Origin: an uncultured Actinomycetes bacterium
Lineage (GTDB): Bacteria > Actinomycetota > Thermoleophilia > Gaiellales > Gaiellaceae
DNA length: 64,000 nucleotides
Direction of reading: 5' to 3'
NCBI GenBank assembly: GCA_963794055.1
Contig: CAWCCL010000013.1
Location: 3,742-67,741, forward strand
Shown one piece after another: positions 7,245 to 17,711 of this stretch. The translations under genes were made by a program, and so were the position numbers. Under the pieces are notes generated by a model that worked only from the letters and a program-made list of their open reading frames with translations, ran no database searches and was not told the origin of the DNA. The first letter of the stretch is position 1; each line of letters starts with the position of its first letter.

Positions 7245-9035
7245 TTACCTGATGAGGAGGAAGCCGATCTCCCTGCTGCCCTTGACGACCGAGTCCTGCG
7301 TCACCGACGTCTGGGCGCGCAGGGTCCCCGCATCGCCGAGCCGCAGCCTGGCGACCAGCGCGTCGCCGGCGGGCTGGGCCTTGAAGGCCGCGAGCAGCTG
7401 GTCGAAGGTCTGCTCGGTCTCCTCGAAGCACTCCTCGTCGGAGATAAAGCACGGGATCTCCGGCGAGATCGAGCCGCCGCCGAGGACCTCGATGTAGCCG
7501 CTGCGCCTCGCGCCGGCAGGCACCTTGAGCGTGAAGTCGACGTTCGTCGTCCCCGTCCTGTGCGTCGGCCTGAGCACGGCCCGGAGCCGGATGAGCCGGC
7601 CCGGCCGGCCGGTCGCGAACTCGCGGGCCACATACCGGGAGCCGTTCCAGACGAGGATCCTCGTCACGTCGTACTGCTCGAAGGACTTCTTGACGTCGAC
7701 CTTCGGGACGTCGACGCTGGTGACCTGGATGTCCTCGCCGTCGTAGTCCTGGAGGACCTGCGCCGTGAATCCGAGCTCCGTCACCGAGCCGAACGAGATG
7801 TCGAAGGGCGACGCGTAGCGCGTCGTGCGCTCGAGCTCCCACTGGACGCCGCCGTCGCGTGTGCCGGCGATCGTGTACTCGACCTCGGAGCTCCCGGCCC
7901 CGATCCGGTCGATGGTCACATCGATGTTCTGGAAGACGTGCGAGAACGAGAGGAACGGGAGGAACTCCGGGAAGATGGCCTCGCTGCTCGAGGTCCGCGT
8001 CCGGCCGGTGTCGAGGTCGCTCACCGTTGAGGTGACCGGGGAGCCGACCGGCCCGTCTCCGAGCTCGGCGACGATGCCGGCCAGGCGATCCTGCGAGAGG
8101 ACGCCGACGTTCTCGGCGATGCCGGCAAGCTTGTAGCTCCCGAAGATCGGGTCCTTCACGATCGTGATCGTGTCGGCGGCGCGGACGGCCATGCGAGTGT
8201 CGCCCGTCCAGTTGAACGGATGCCCGAAGGCCAGCGCGCGCCCGTCGCAGACCAGCGTCGTCGTCCCGATGCCCGCGACCGTGACGTCGCCGAGCGACAT
8301 GGCCGCCGCGAACGAGTCGCCCGCGCGGAGGCGGCCTGGCGGAGTCTGGGGGCTGCTCGACGCCGAGGAGCCCATGAACGTGATGAACGGCAGGCCCTGC
8401 CGGTCGATCGCCGCCTGCATCTGACGCAGCCCACGATCGGTCAGCCCCGACGCGGAGAGCGGCGTCTTGAGCCGCGAGAGCGCGCCGGTCTGGGTGATCG
8501 AGAGCCCGGTCTCCGCGGCCATACGGGCGGCCAGGCGCGACGGGACCTTGATGACGGATGCGGCGGGGGGGTCCGCACCGATGTCGAGCAGATCCTCCAT
8601 GTCCTCGGCGGGCGTCAGCCCGGCGAGCGTCGAGCCGCCTCCAGCCAGGCCGTAGGCGATCGCGCCGGCGAGCCGGTCCTTGCCCCCGCTGCGGAAGAAG
8701 ACCGGAGAGCCCGAGGCTCCTGCCCAGAGGCCGCCGGAGGCCGTCACAGCGGGGCCGGACAGGTCGGCGATGATGATGTCGCGCCCGGGGCCGACGGCAT
8801 CGCGCAGGATGCCGAGCACCTCGGCGCTGAAGGTGGTAGGCGTCCGCCCGCGGGTGACCGAGAGCGCGGTGCCCCGCATGCCCGTCGTCACCTGATCGAG
8901 GGGCAGAATCGACGGGCAGTCGTCCGTCAGGCTCCCGGGTGTCGAGCCCGTTGCCGGGGCAACGCCCCAAGCCGCAACTGCGGTCACCAGGGCCACGAGC
9001 CCCAGGAGCGCACGTGGTCCGCGCGTCAGAGTCAT
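7245..9035 (-). CDS. Secreted serine-peptidase-like protein (SpoIVB/S55-like motifs)
   Basis: Start taken at MTLTRGPRALLGLVALVTAVAAWG (signal-like). Motifs GASGSPVF and GIGTTT..DGRALAFGHP are present. The family assignment is tentative. Confidence 0.5.
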   Translation of the reverse strand: MTLTRGPRALLGLVALVTAVAAWGVAPATGSTPGSLTDDCPSILPLDQVTTGMRGTALSVTRGRTPTTFSAEVLGILRDAVGPGRDIIIADLSGPAVTASGGLWAGASGSPVFFRSGGKDRLAGAIAYGLAGGGSTLAGLTPAEDMEDLLDIGADPPAASVIKVPSRLAARMAAETGLSITQTGALSRLKTPLSASGLTDRGLRQMQAAIDRQGLPFITFMGSSASSSPQTPPGRLRAGDSFAAAMSLGDVTVAGIGTTTLVCDGRALAFGHPFNWTGDTRMAVRAADTITIVKDPIFGSYKLAGIAENVGVLSQDRLAGIVAELGDGPVGSPVTSTVSDLDTGRTRTSSSEAIFPEFLPFLSFSHVFQNIDVTIDRIGAGSSEVEYTIAGTRDGGVQWELERTTRYASPFDISFGSVTELGFTAQVLQDYDGEDIQVTSVDVPKVDVKKSFEQYDVTRILVWNGSRYVAREFATGRPGRLIRLRAVLRPTHRTGTTNVDFTLKVPAGARRSGYIEVLGGGSISPEIPCFISDEECFEETEQTFDQLLAAFKAQPAGDALVARLRLGDAGTLRAQTSVTQDSVVKGSREIGFLLIR

Positions 9036-9185
9036 ATCCTCGCTCTCCCTCCGATGTCGCCGGTCCCCACCGGCGAGACTGCTGGAATGCTCAGCATGAG
9101 CGTTCCAGCCCACGATTCCAAGGGCTTTCCGAAATTTCTGAACGAATGGATGGGGTCGGCATGAATGCAGGATGCCGTACGAGAA

Positions 9186-9269
9186 TGCCGGGGGTGAGAT
9201 TCGAACTCACACGCCCTTTCGGGCAGGGGGTTTTAAGCCCCCCGCGTCTACCCGTTCCGCCACCCCGGC
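9186..9269 (-). tRNA. tRNA-Leu (anticodon TAA)
   Basis: The minus strand reads GCCGGGGTGGCGGAACGGGTAGACGCGGGGGGCTTAAAACCCCCTGCCCGAAAGGGCGTGTGAGTTCGAATCTCACCCCCGGCA. It has a long variable arm and a full cloverleaf. Confidence 0.9.
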
Positions 9270-9274
9270 AGGAA

Positions 9275-9967
9275 CTAGTTGCCGCCCTGTAAGAGCTGGT
9301 CGAGCTCGAACTTCTCGGGCGCGTCGCCCTGCGGGCCGCGGTAGTCGGCGATGAAGTCGTCGAGCTGCTCCTCGTCGAACGAGCCGCAGCGCAGCATGTG
9401 CGTCCACGAGGTGGCGACGATCTGGTCCGCGAGCGCCGGGTCCTCCTCCTCGAAGGCGGGGTCCAGCGGCGCGACGATGAGGCCGCGCGTGTCCTGGCCG
9501 TACCAGTCGCCGAGCGCGGCGATGTCGGCCGCCGGGACCTCGCTGCCGTACTGGACGACGACGCCGCCATGCTCAATGTTGTGCACGTAGTTGATCTGCG
9601 GCACGGGCTGGTCATAGAGGTTCCAGATCGCGGTCTGCCCACTGTGGTAGCCGCTCGTGGCCGGCACGGAGTTGTACTCGTAGTCGTCGGGGAGCCCTGG
9701 CGGCTCGAGAGTCTCCACGTGCCTCGCTTCCAGCGCGTCGAACGTCTGGAGCGTGCAGTCCCCGGAGCCGGTCGTCCCCACGGCGGAGGACGAATCGTCG
9801 CCGCTCATGATGAAGCCGATCCCGACCGCGGCGGCCGCGATCACGATCGCTGCTGCGACGATGACGAAGATCAGCTGCGTCCGGCGCGGGCTTCGCTCCT
9901 GGTGGTAGGCCTTGGGCGCCTGGACGGGTCGCTTCGGCGGTGTCGGGACTCGGTCCTTCTTGGCCAC
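9275..9967 (-). CDS. DUF3105-domain membrane-anchored protein
   Basis: GTG at 9967 avoids overlap with dinG. One TM segment (LIFVIVAAAIVIAAAAVGIGFI). The C-terminal region has SGYH...NYVHNIEHGGVVVQYG...SWTH, typical of DUF3105. Confidence 0.65.
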   Translation of the reverse strand: MAKKDRVPTPPKRPVQAPKAYHQERSPRRTQLIFVIVAAAIVIAAAAVGIGFIMSGDDSSSAVGTTGSGDCTLQTFDALEARHVETLEPPGLPDDYEYNSVPATSGYHSGQTAIWNLYDQPVPQINYVHNIEHGGVVVQYGSEVPAADIAALGDWYGQDTRGLIVAPLDPAFEEEDPALADQIVATSWTHMLRCGSFDEEQLDDFIADYRGPQGDAPEKFELDQLLQGGN

Positions 9968-9983
9968 TTGAGGGAAAACGGTA

Positions 9984-11858
9984 TCAGGCTGTCGCGCGCT
10001 GCCTCCCACCAAGGAACGCGGCGACCGCGTCGAGATCGCCGACGAGCGGGGCGGGCGGGAGCGCCTCCAGGAACCGGCGCCCGTACCCCCGCGTGCGCAG
10101 CCGCGGGTCGAGGATCGCGACGACCCCCTGGTCGGCGTGGCCGCGGATCAGCCGGCCAAAGCCCTGGCGAAGCTGGAGGATCGCCGAGGGCAGCGCGTAC
10201 TCCCCGAACCAGTCGCCCCCGCCGCGCGCGATCCGCTCGCAGCGGGCCTCCACGAGCGGGTCGCCCGGCGCGGCGAACGGCAGCTTGTCGATGACCAGGA
10301 GCGAGAGCGACTCGCCCTGCACGTCCACGCCCTGCCAGAACGTCTGCGTGGCGATCAACACCGAGTCGACTTCGTCGCGGAAGCGCTCCAGAAGGCGCTC
10401 GCGGGGCGCGTCTCCCTGGATCAGCACCGGATACGGGATGCGCGGCGCGACCCGCTCGGCGAGCCCGTCCAGCGCGCGGTAGGAGGTCGTGAGCACGAGC
10501 GCTCTCCCCTCCGAGAGCCGGCAGAGCGCAAGCACCTCGTCTGCCAGGCGCTCGTCATACCCGGCCGAGCGCGGCTCCGGGAACGCCCGCGGGACGTAGA
10601 GGAGCGCCTGCTCCCGGTAGTCGTACGGCGAGGGCAGCGACGCCTCGCGGGCCTCGTCGAGCCCGAGCCGGCCGCGCAGGAAGCGCGGCTCGAGCGTCGC
10701 GGAGACGAGCACGGAGACGACCTCGCGCTCCCACAGGATGTCGCGCAGCGTGCCGGAGACGTCGATCGGCGCCCACGCGATCGCACCCTGCTCGGCCCAG
10801 GAGACCGAGTCCTCGTCGTCGACGGCCAGGCACGCCCCCAGGTCGTCCACGGTGGCCAGCGAGCGCCGCGCGAGCAGGTCGAGATCCTCGCCCCCGCCCC
10901 GCAGGGCCTCCGCAAGCTGGACGAGCGCCGCCGCGAGCGCGGCGGCCGGGACCGAGGCGGCCTCGACGTCCGGGGCGGTCAGGCGCCGCCGGCCGCGGCC
11001 AGGGTCGAGCCCGGCCAGGAGCTCCTCGCCGCGGCGGTCGATCGCGTCGAGCGCGCGCGCCGGCAACGCCTTCGAGCCTTCGCGGCAGGCGCGCTCCACG
11101 TCGCGGAGCAGCTGGCGCAGGCTGCCGAGAGACACCCGCCCGCCGAACCAGGCGGCCGCGGTCTCCTCGAGGCGATGCGCCTCGTCGAAGACGACGGCGT
11201 CGTGCTCGGGGAGGACGCCGGCGCCGTCCCCGGTCCTGGCCCGGAGCGCCAGGTCGGCGAAGTAGAGCGCGTGGTTGGCGATCACGAGCTCGGCCTCCTG
11301 CGCCCGGGCGCGGGCCTGCTCGGAGAAGCAGGAGCCGAGGAACGGGCAGCGCTTGCCCGCGCAGCGGTCGGCCCCGACCGCGACCTCGGCCCAGAGCGTC
11401 GGTCGCGGCTCGAAGGTGAGCTCGGCGCGGTCGCCCGTCTCGGTCGTCTCGATCCAGCCCTGGAGGCGCTCGTAGTCCGCCGCATCCTCGGCGGTGCGGA
11501 ACAGCGGCATGGCGAGCATGTGCAGGCTCTTGCGGCAGAGGTAGTTCTGGCGGCCCTTGAGAACTGCGACGTCGACGTCGCGCCCGAGCGCCGCCGAAGC
11601 GGCGGGCACGTCCTTCGTCAGGAGCTGCTCCTGGAGCGCCTTCGTCGCCGTGGCGACGACCACGCGCTGCCCGGAGTCGAGCGCAGGGATCAGGTAAGCG
11701 AGGCTCTTCCCGATACCCGTCCCCGCCTCGGCGAGCAGGTGCTCGCCGCGCTCGAGCGCGTCCGCCACCTCCTGCGCGAGCGCAGCCTGCCCGGCCCGGG
11801 GCTCGAAGCCGGGAAGCGAGGCGGCGAGCCGCCCGCTGTTACCGAAGAACGCGCGCAT
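9984..11858 (-). CDS. dinG: ATP-dependent DNA helicase, DinG/Rad3-like (Fe-S type)
   Basis: Walker A AGTGIGKS, DEAH box VVFDEAHRLEE, and a Cys cluster (C..CAGKRCPFLGSC). Start chosen at MRAFFGN so that the SOS box stays upstream. Confidence 0.85.
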   Translation of the reverse strand: MRAFFGNSGRLAASLPGFEPRAGQAALAQEVADALERGEHLLAEAGTGIGKSLAYLIPALDSGQRVVVATATKALQEQLLTKDVPAASAALGRDVDVAVLKGRQNYLCRKSLHMLAMPLFRTAEDAADYERLQGWIETTETGDRAELTFEPRPTLWAEVAVGADRCAGKRCPFLGSCFSEQARARAQEAELVIANHALYFADLALRARTGDGAGVLPEHDAVVFDEAHRLEETAAAWFGGRVSLGSLRQLLRDVERACREGSKALPARALDAIDRRGEELLAGLDPGRGRRRLTAPDVEAASVPAAALAAALVQLAEALRGGGEDLDLLARRSLATVDDLGACLAVDDEDSVSWAEQGAIAWAPIDVSGTLRDILWEREVVSVLVSATLEPRFLRGRLGLDEAREASLPSPYDYREQALLYVPRAFPEPRSAGYDERLADEVLALCRLSEGRALVLTTSYRALDGLAERVAPRIPYPVLIQGDAPRERLLERFRDEVDSVLIATQTFWQGVDVQGESLSLLVIDKLPFAAPGDPLVEARCERIARGGGDWFGEYALPSAILQLRQGFGRLIRGHADQGVVAILDPRLRTRGYGRRFLEALPPAPLVGDLDAVAAFLGGRQRATA

Positions 11859-11897
11859 GTGGGGACGATGAGGGTAGAACGCCCGCCGGTCAGCATA

Positions 11898-11911
11898 GAA
11901 CATATGTTCGT
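11898..11911. promoter_or_regulatory. LexA (SOS/Cheo) box
   Basis: AGAACATATGTTCG is a perfect GAAC-N4-GTTC palindrome. It lies in the 71-bp divergent region, about 40 nt upstream of dinG and about 20 nt upstream of the VOC gene. Confidence 0.7.
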
Positions 11912-11929
11912 ATGGGGTAGGCTTCCTCG

Positions 11930-12346
11930 ATGGAGCCGCGCCTGAGCCTCGTCACCCTCGGCGTCGCCGATCTCGCCCGCGCCAGGGCGTTCTACGAGGC
12001 GCTCGGCTGGCGCGGCGAGCAACCCTCCGACGACGTCGTCTTCTTCCAGGCAGGCGGGATGGTCGTGGCGCTCTGGGGTCGAGAGCAGCTCGCGGAAGAC
12101 TCCGTCGTCGCCGACCCGGGCGGCTGGGGCGGCGTCACGCTGGCGCACAACGTCCGCTCGCCGGAGGAGGTCGACGCCGTGCTCGCCGAGGCTGAACGTG
12201 CCGGCGCGACGATCCACCGGGCCGGCGCGGCGACGTCCTGGGGAGGCTACTCGGGCGTCTTTCACGACCTCGACGGCCATCCGTGGGAGGTCGCGCACAA
12301 CCCGTTCTGGACGCTCCGCGAGGACGGGTCGATCAGCCTCTCCTAG
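11930..12346 (+). CDS. VOC-family (glyoxalase/bleomycin-resistance fold) protein
   Basis: 138 aa: LVTLGVADLARARAFYEALGW...FHDLDGHPWEVAHNP. Confidence 0.8.
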   Translation: MEPRLSLVTLGVADLARARAFYEALGWRGEQPSDDVVFFQAGGMVVALWGREQLAEDSVVADPGGWGGVTLAHNVRSPEEVDAVLAEAERAGATIHRAGAATSWGGYSGVFHDLDGHPWEVAHNPFWTLREDGSISLS

Positions 12347-12511
12347 GAGGGCTTGACGAAATAACGGCTGTGCCGCCGGGCCGCGCTGCTCGCCCCGAGG
12401 ACTGTGTCCTCAGTCGCGCCCGTAGCCTCCGGCTACGAGCACTCCCTGCGTCCTTGCCTCGGAACGACCATCACACCCCGGCGACGAGCGATATTCCGCC
12501 AATCCCTCTAG
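12343..12511. mobile_element. MITE-like element, copy B (169 bp)
   Basis: Collinear with copy A over its whole length, with scattered substitutions and 1-nt indels. The CTAG ends overlap the stops of the VOC gene (+) and the enoyl-CoA hydratase gene (-). Confidence 0.8.
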
Positions 12512-13254
12512 GCTCCCCGGAACCTCGGCTCGCGCTTCTCGAGGAAGGCGGCGAGCCCCTCGCGCGCGTCGGCCGTCTCGAAGAGCTGCTCGCAGAGCGC
12601 CGCCTCGCGGTCGAGGGCGCGCTCGAGCGCCTCGCGGCCGGCCTCGTCGAGGAGCCGCTTCGAGCCGGCCACCGCGAGCGGCGCCAGGCGGGCGACGCGC
12701 TCCGCGATCCGTCGGGCCTCGGCCTCGATGTCCTCGACGACGACGTCGACCAGGCCGAGCCGAAGCGCCTCCTCTGCGCCGACGAGCTCGCCGGTGAGGA
12801 CGAGCCTGCGGGCCGCGCGCGGCCCCAGCAGGCTGAAGCCGTTCGAGATCGAGAGCCCGATCGCCACCTCGGGGCAGCCGAAGCGCGAGGCCGGGCTCGC
12901 CAAGCGAACGTCGCAGGCCGCGGCCAGCTCACACGCCCCGCCGACGCAGACGCCGTCGACGGCGGCGATCACCGGCTGCGGCGCCGCTACGACCTCCCGC
13001 GTCAGCCGGTTGAACCCCGCGAGCGCCCCCGCCCATTCCTCCGCGGTGAGCGTGGCCGTCTCGCGCAGGTCGTCCCCCGAGGAGAAGGTCCCGCCCTCCC
13101 CGTGAAGGACGATCGCGCGCGCCTCGCTCGCCCCCGCTTCGGACAGCCCCTCGGCGATCCCGTGCACGGTCTCGCGGTCCCAGGCGTTCAGCCGCTCGGG
13201 CCGCGACCAGCGGATCCAGACGGCCGCGCCCTCCCACTCCACGTTGACAGTCAC
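12508..13254 (-). CDS. Enoyl-CoA hydratase/isomerase (crotonase) family
   Basis: GTG at 13254 overlaps the paaK-like stop (GTGA). Motifs ...FSSGDDL...AAVDGVCVGGACELAAACD...GLVD... are present. Confidence 0.8.
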   Translation of the reverse strand: MTVNVEWEGAAVWIRWSRPERLNAWDRETVHGIAEGLSEAGASEARAIVLHGEGGTFSSGDDLRETATLTAEEWAGALAGFNRLTREVVAAPQPVIAAVDGVCVGGACELAAACDVRLASPASRFGCPEVAIGLSISNGFSLLGPRAARRLVLTGELVGAEEALRLGLVDVVVEDIEAEARRIAERVARLAPLAVAGSKRLLDEAGREALERALDREAALCEQLFETADAREGLAAFLEKREPRFRGA

Positions 13255-14549
13255 GGCCGCTCCTCCCCGTCGTAGACCCGGTACACGCGCTTCGTCTTCT
13301 CCTCCGTGCGGGGAAGCGCCGCGCCGCGGACGACGCAGGTGAAGCCGAACTGTGCCTTGACGGCCTTGGCCAGCTCTTCCTCCTTGCCGTCGACGCCCTC
13401 GACCAGGATCTCCACCGGAGGCTCGACCGGGAAGCGGTCGAGCACGATCGCGAAGCGGTCGAGCCCGTGCTCTCGCAGCAGAGCCTCCAGCGAGCTCGGG
13501 AAGACGTTGACGCCGCGCACGCGGAACATGTCGTCGCTCCGCCCGGCCACGAGGAAGCGGAAGCCGGTGCGCCCGCAGGGGCAGTCCACGCCGAGGATCT
13601 CCGCGAGGTCGCGGGAACGGAAGCGGAGCAGCGGCGTCGCCTCGCGCGCGAGGTGGGTGAAGACGAGCTCGCCGGTTGCCCCGGGCTCGATCTCCACGGA
13701 TTCGGCGGACTCCGGGTCGATCAGCTCGACGAGCACGCCGTCCTGGCCGGAGAAGTGGAGGCCGTTGCGCTCCTCGCACTCGGCCGCGAACGTGCCCCAG
13801 ACGTCGGAGAGGCCATAGGTGTCGCTCATGGCCGCGTCCCAGAGCTCCTGCAGGCGACTCCGCGTGCCCGCCAGCTGGCCGCCCGGCTCGCCGGCCACGA
13901 TCAGCTTGCGCAGCCCGAGTGCGCGCGGGTCGAGGCCGCTTTCCCGCGCGGTCTCGGCGAGGTAGAGCGGGTACGTCAGCGTCGAGAAGAGCGCCGTCGG
14001 GCGCAGGTCGTCCCACAGTTCGAGCAGCCGGCGGCTCTGCCCGAGCCCGGCGGGCACCATCGTCGCGCCGGTCTCCTCGAGGGAGTCGTGGTCGACGAGC
14101 CCTCCGGTGTAGAAGCTGTAGTTGAGGCAGTGGAGGAGGACGTCGTCGGGCCGCACGCCCGCCGCCCAGAAGGAGCGGGCGCCGATCCTGGTCGACGTCT
14201 TCAGGTCCTCCACGGTGTAGCCCAGGACGAGCGGCTTGCCGGTCGTTCCGGAGGTGAGGTGGACGCGGACGACGTCGACGGGGTCGACGCAGGCGAAGTC
14301 GCCGAGCGGCGGCTCGGCCTCCTGCGACGCGCGCAGCTCCTCCTTGGTCGTGAACGGGATCCGGCGCAGATCCCCGGCGCCCAAGACCTGCTCGGGCCGC
14401 ACGCCCCCTTCGGCCAGCTTGCGCCGCCAAAACGGCGACCGCTCGTAGCAGCGCGCCACCTGGTCGGCGAGGAGTTCTTCCTCGAGCCTGCGCGTCCAGG
14501 CCGGCGGCATCGTCTCCGTACGCTCGTCGAAGTAGGCCGCCCACTCCAC
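13251..14549 (-). CDS. paaK: Phenylacetate-CoA ligase-like adenylate-forming enzyme
   Basis: 432 aa with the TSGTTGKP AMP-binding motif and PaaK-like length and architecture. Confidence 0.75.
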   Translation of the reverse strand: MEWAAYFDERTETMPPAWTRRLEEELLADQVARCYERSPFWRRKLAEGGVRPEQVLGAGDLRRIPFTTKEELRASQEAEPPLGDFACVDPVDVVRVHLTSGTTGKPLVLGYTVEDLKTSTRIGARSFWAAGVRPDDVLLHCLNYSFYTGGLVDHDSLEETGATMVPAGLGQSRRLLELWDDLRPTALFSTLTYPLYLAETARESGLDPRALGLRKLIVAGEPGGQLAGTRSRLQELWDAAMSDTYGLSDVWGTFAAECEERNGLHFSGQDGVLVELIDPESAESVEIEPGATGELVFTHLAREATPLLRFRSRDLAEILGVDCPCGRTGFRFLVAGRSDDMFRVRGVNVFPSSLEALLREHGLDRFAIVLDRFPVEPPVEILVEGVDGKEEELAKAVKAQFGFTCVVRGAALPRTEEKTKRVYRVYDGEERP

Positions 14550-14564
14550 CCGCGTAGCGTACGG

Positions 14565-15388
14565 CTAGATGTCAGGAGGGACAATGCGGCGGGCGCCCAG
14601 GCTGGCGCCGGCGGAGGCGACGACGACGAGGGCGATGGCGACCGCCTCCACCGCATCCGGCACCTGCGACAGCGCGACCGCCCCGGCGAAGGCGGCGACG
14701 GCCGGCTCCAGGCTCAGGAGGATGCCGAACGTCGCCGCCGACAGCTGGCGGAGGGCGGCCAGCTCCAGCGTGAACGGGAGCACGGACCCCAGCACGGCGA
14801 CGGCCAGCCCGATCGCGAGGACGCGACCGTCGAGCAGGTCGCTTCCCCCGCGGCGACGCCGAACGGGGTCAGAAGGACGGCGGCGACGAGCAGGGTCAGC
14901 GAGAGCCCCGTCCCCACCGACCAGTCACGGAGCATGCGCTTGGCGATCAGGATGTACGCGGCCCAGCCGGCCGCGGCGCCGAAGGCGAAGGCGAGGCCGG
15001 CAGGGTCGAGGTCGACACCGGGGCTCCCGAGCAGTGCGACGCCTGCTCCGGCGAGCCCGATCCAGAGGAAGTCGAGCGCGCGCCGCGAGCCGAGGACGGC
15101 GACGGCGAGCGGCCCCAGGAACTCCACTGTGGTCGCGAGGCCGAGCGGGATGCGGTCGATCGCCTGGTAGAAGCACGCGTTCATGAACGCGACAGAAGCC
15201 CCGGCGGCAATCACCCAGCGGAGCGGCTGCGGGCCCGCGCGCCGGAGGGCGTGGGCGTTCGCGGCGAGGAGCAAGAGCGCCGCCAGGCCGACCCGGATCC
15301 ACACGAACCCGAGCGGGCCGACCTCGTCGAAGGCGCTCGTCGCGAGCGCGGCACCAAACTGGACGGAGAAGGCGGCGCCGACGACCAA
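14565..15388 (-). pseudogene. EamA/DMT-family transporter, one frameshift
   Basis: N-terminal part in ORF 14714..15388 and C-terminal part in ORF 14565..14795. The frames join at the C5 run near 14841-14852 (..TPFGVAAG | SDLLDGRVLAIGLAVAVLGSVLPF..). Confidence 0.7.
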
Positions 15389-15469
15389 CAGCGGCGCCGG
15401 CGCCTCCCGCAGCCGCCGGCCGAGCCCCGCTATGGCTCGAGCCCGATCACGTCCGGACGCGAGCGACGC

Positions 15470-16628
15470 TCACAACAGCGCCTCGAGGGCAGCCAGCGCC
15501 CGCTCGACGTCGGAGGAGTCGTTGAAGTGGTGGAACGAGAAGCGGACGGCGCCGAGCCGCGGCGAGACGATCACGCCGATGTCGGCAAGGGCGCCGGCGA
15601 CATCCACTCCGTCATGCCCGGAGAAGCGCGCGATGACGATGCCGGCGCGGCGGTCGTCCTCGGCGGGTGTCAGCACCTCGGCGCCGAGGCGCTCCAGCCC
15701 CTCGCGGAGCTCGGCCGCAAGCGCGAGGTCGTGCTCGAGGACGTTCTCGATCCCCAGGTCGAGCAGGTAGTCGACCGCCGCGGTCAGCGCCGCGCCGGCG
15801 GCGTAGGCAGGCGTCGAGTACTCCAGGCGGCGGGCGGACTGCGCGAGGGGGATCGTCGTCGCGTCGAAGGCGAACGCGTCCTCGGTCGACTTCCACCCGA
15901 CGAAGGGCGGGTCGAGCCGCTCCCAGAGCTCCGGCCGCAGGTAGCAGATGCCCGCCCCGGGAGCCGAGCAGAGCCACTTGTAGCCGGAGGAGACGAGGAC
16001 GTCCACGTCGAGCGCGGGCGCGTCGAGCGGGACGACGCCCGCGGATTGCGTCGCGTCGAGGACGAGCGTCGCGCCGACCGAGCGCGCGAGCTCCACGAGG
16101 CCGGCCGGGTCCAGCCGGTGGCCGGTCGCGTACTGGACGTGGCTGACGCAGATCGACCGCGGTGCGCTCGTCCACCGCCGCGGCGAGGGCGTCGAGCGAG
16201 AACGAGGCAGGGTCGTGCAAGGCCGGCGCGAGCCGCACCTCGACGCCGGTGTCGCGGGCGATGCGGATCCACGGGTACGTGACACTTGGGAACTCGAGGT
16301 CGGCGGAGACGACGTTCTCCCCCTTGCCCGGCTTGAGCCACCACGCAACCTGGCAGAGCGCCTCGGTCGCATGCGTGACGACGGCGACGTCGTCAGGGGT
16401 CGCGCCGAGGAGCCGCGCCGCCGCCGCCCTCGGGATGTCGCCGACCCGCTTCTCGACCTCGTCGTCGAATCCCACGGTGCCGCGCCCCGCGATCTGACTT
16501 CCGAGCTCCTCGGCAGCGTGCTGCACCGGCAGCGGCTCGAGCCCGATCGAGCCCGTGTTCAGGTAGGCGACCTCCTCGAGCACCGGGAAGTCGCTGCGCG
16601 GCGAGAGTGCGGCGCGGCCGGAGGTCAC
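15470..16628 (-). pseudogene. Class-V aminotransferase / cysteine desulfurase-like, one frameshift
   Basis: N-terminal part in ORF 15612..16628 and C-terminal part in ORF 15470..16372 (..VSHVQYATG..SSGYKWL..). The frame changes near 16148-16165. Confidence 0.7.
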
Positions 16629-17617
16629 GCCTCGGGCGGTGCGTTGACCTCGAGCTTGAGAACGTCCGGCCGGTGGTAGTGGCCGGCCGGGTCGAAGCGC
16701 TGGCGCTCCTCGTGGAGGCGCGCCGGGTCGAGCTCCGCGTAGAGGATGCCCTCCTCGTCGTAGAGCGGCCCGGCGAGGTAGGCCCCGTCGGGCCCGAGGA
16801 TCGCGCTCCCCCCGCGGCCGACGATCTCGACGCCGTCGAGGGCCTCGCGGAGCGGGAAGTCCTCCGGGTAGGCCGCGGCGCGTTGGAAGTGGCAGGGCGC
16901 GAGCACGAACGCACGCGACTCGAGAGCAAGGTGCACGAGGGTCGCCTGCCAGGCATCGGAGTCGTCCGCGGTCGAGGCGACGTAGATCTCGAGTCCGGAC
17001 TCGTACAGGGAGAAGCGGGCGAGCGGCATGTAGTTCTCCCAGCAGATCAGGCCGCCGAGGCGCCCGAACGGCGTCTCGATCGCGCGCAGCCCGCGTCCGT
17101 CGCCCTGGCCCCAGATCAGCCGCTCGTGGTTCGTCGGGACGAGCTTGCGGTGGTGGAGGGCCAGCCGCCCTTCGGCGTCGTGGTAGAGCAGCGTGTTGTA
17201 GAGCGTCCCGGGCCGCTCGGGGTCGATCTCGGTGACGCCGGTGACGAGCCAGACGCCGTGCTCGCGCGCGATCTCCCCCAGCCGGTCTGCTGCCGGCCCG
17301 GGGACCTCGACCGACTGCTCCGCCAGACGCGCGAAGGCGGCCTTGGCGCGGGGGTCGGCCCAGCCCGCGAGATGCTTCGCCCAGAGGGACGACGGGTACG
17401 CGGGCAGGTAGGCCTCCGGGAAGACGACCAGCTCCGCGCCCTTCCCAGCAGCCTCGGCCGTCCGGGCGGCGAGCCGCTCGAGCGATGCTTCCCGGTCGAG
17501 CACGACGGGCTCGACCTGGGCACAGGCGGCGGTGACGGGGCGGTGCACGGATGGGTTGTACCGGAAAAAGGTGCTCTTTGCGGAGAGTTCCGGCACGGAG
17601 TCCTTGACCCGCCGCAA
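16625..17617 (-). CDS. Nitrilase / carbon-nitrogen hydrolase family
   Basis: VVFPEAY, HRKLVPT and the catalytic GGLICWENYMP motif. The stop overlaps the next gene's start by 4 nt. Confidence 0.85.
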   Translation of the reverse strand: MRRVKDSVPELSAKSTFFRYNPSVHRPVTAACAQVEPVVLDREASLERLAARTAEAAGKGAELVVFPEAYLPAYPSSLWAKHLAGWADPRAKAAFARLAEQSVEVPGPAADRLGEIAREHGVWLVTGVTEIDPERPGTLYNTLLYHDAEGRLALHHRKLVPTNHERLIWGQGDGRGLRAIETPFGRLGGLICWENYMPLARFSLYESGLEIYVASTADDSDAWQATLVHLALESRAFVLAPCHFQRAAAYPEDFPLREALDGVEIVGRGGSAILGPDGAYLAGPLYDEEGILYAELDPARLHEERQRFDPAGHYHRPDVLKLEVNAPPEA

Positions 17618-17711
17618 GCGACGCCGTTAGGCTCGCGCATGCCAGATCCGGTAGGCCCTCGGGTCCGCCGGATTTGGCGCTTTAACGAGTCCGTCCGGAG
17701 CCGTCCCTACT

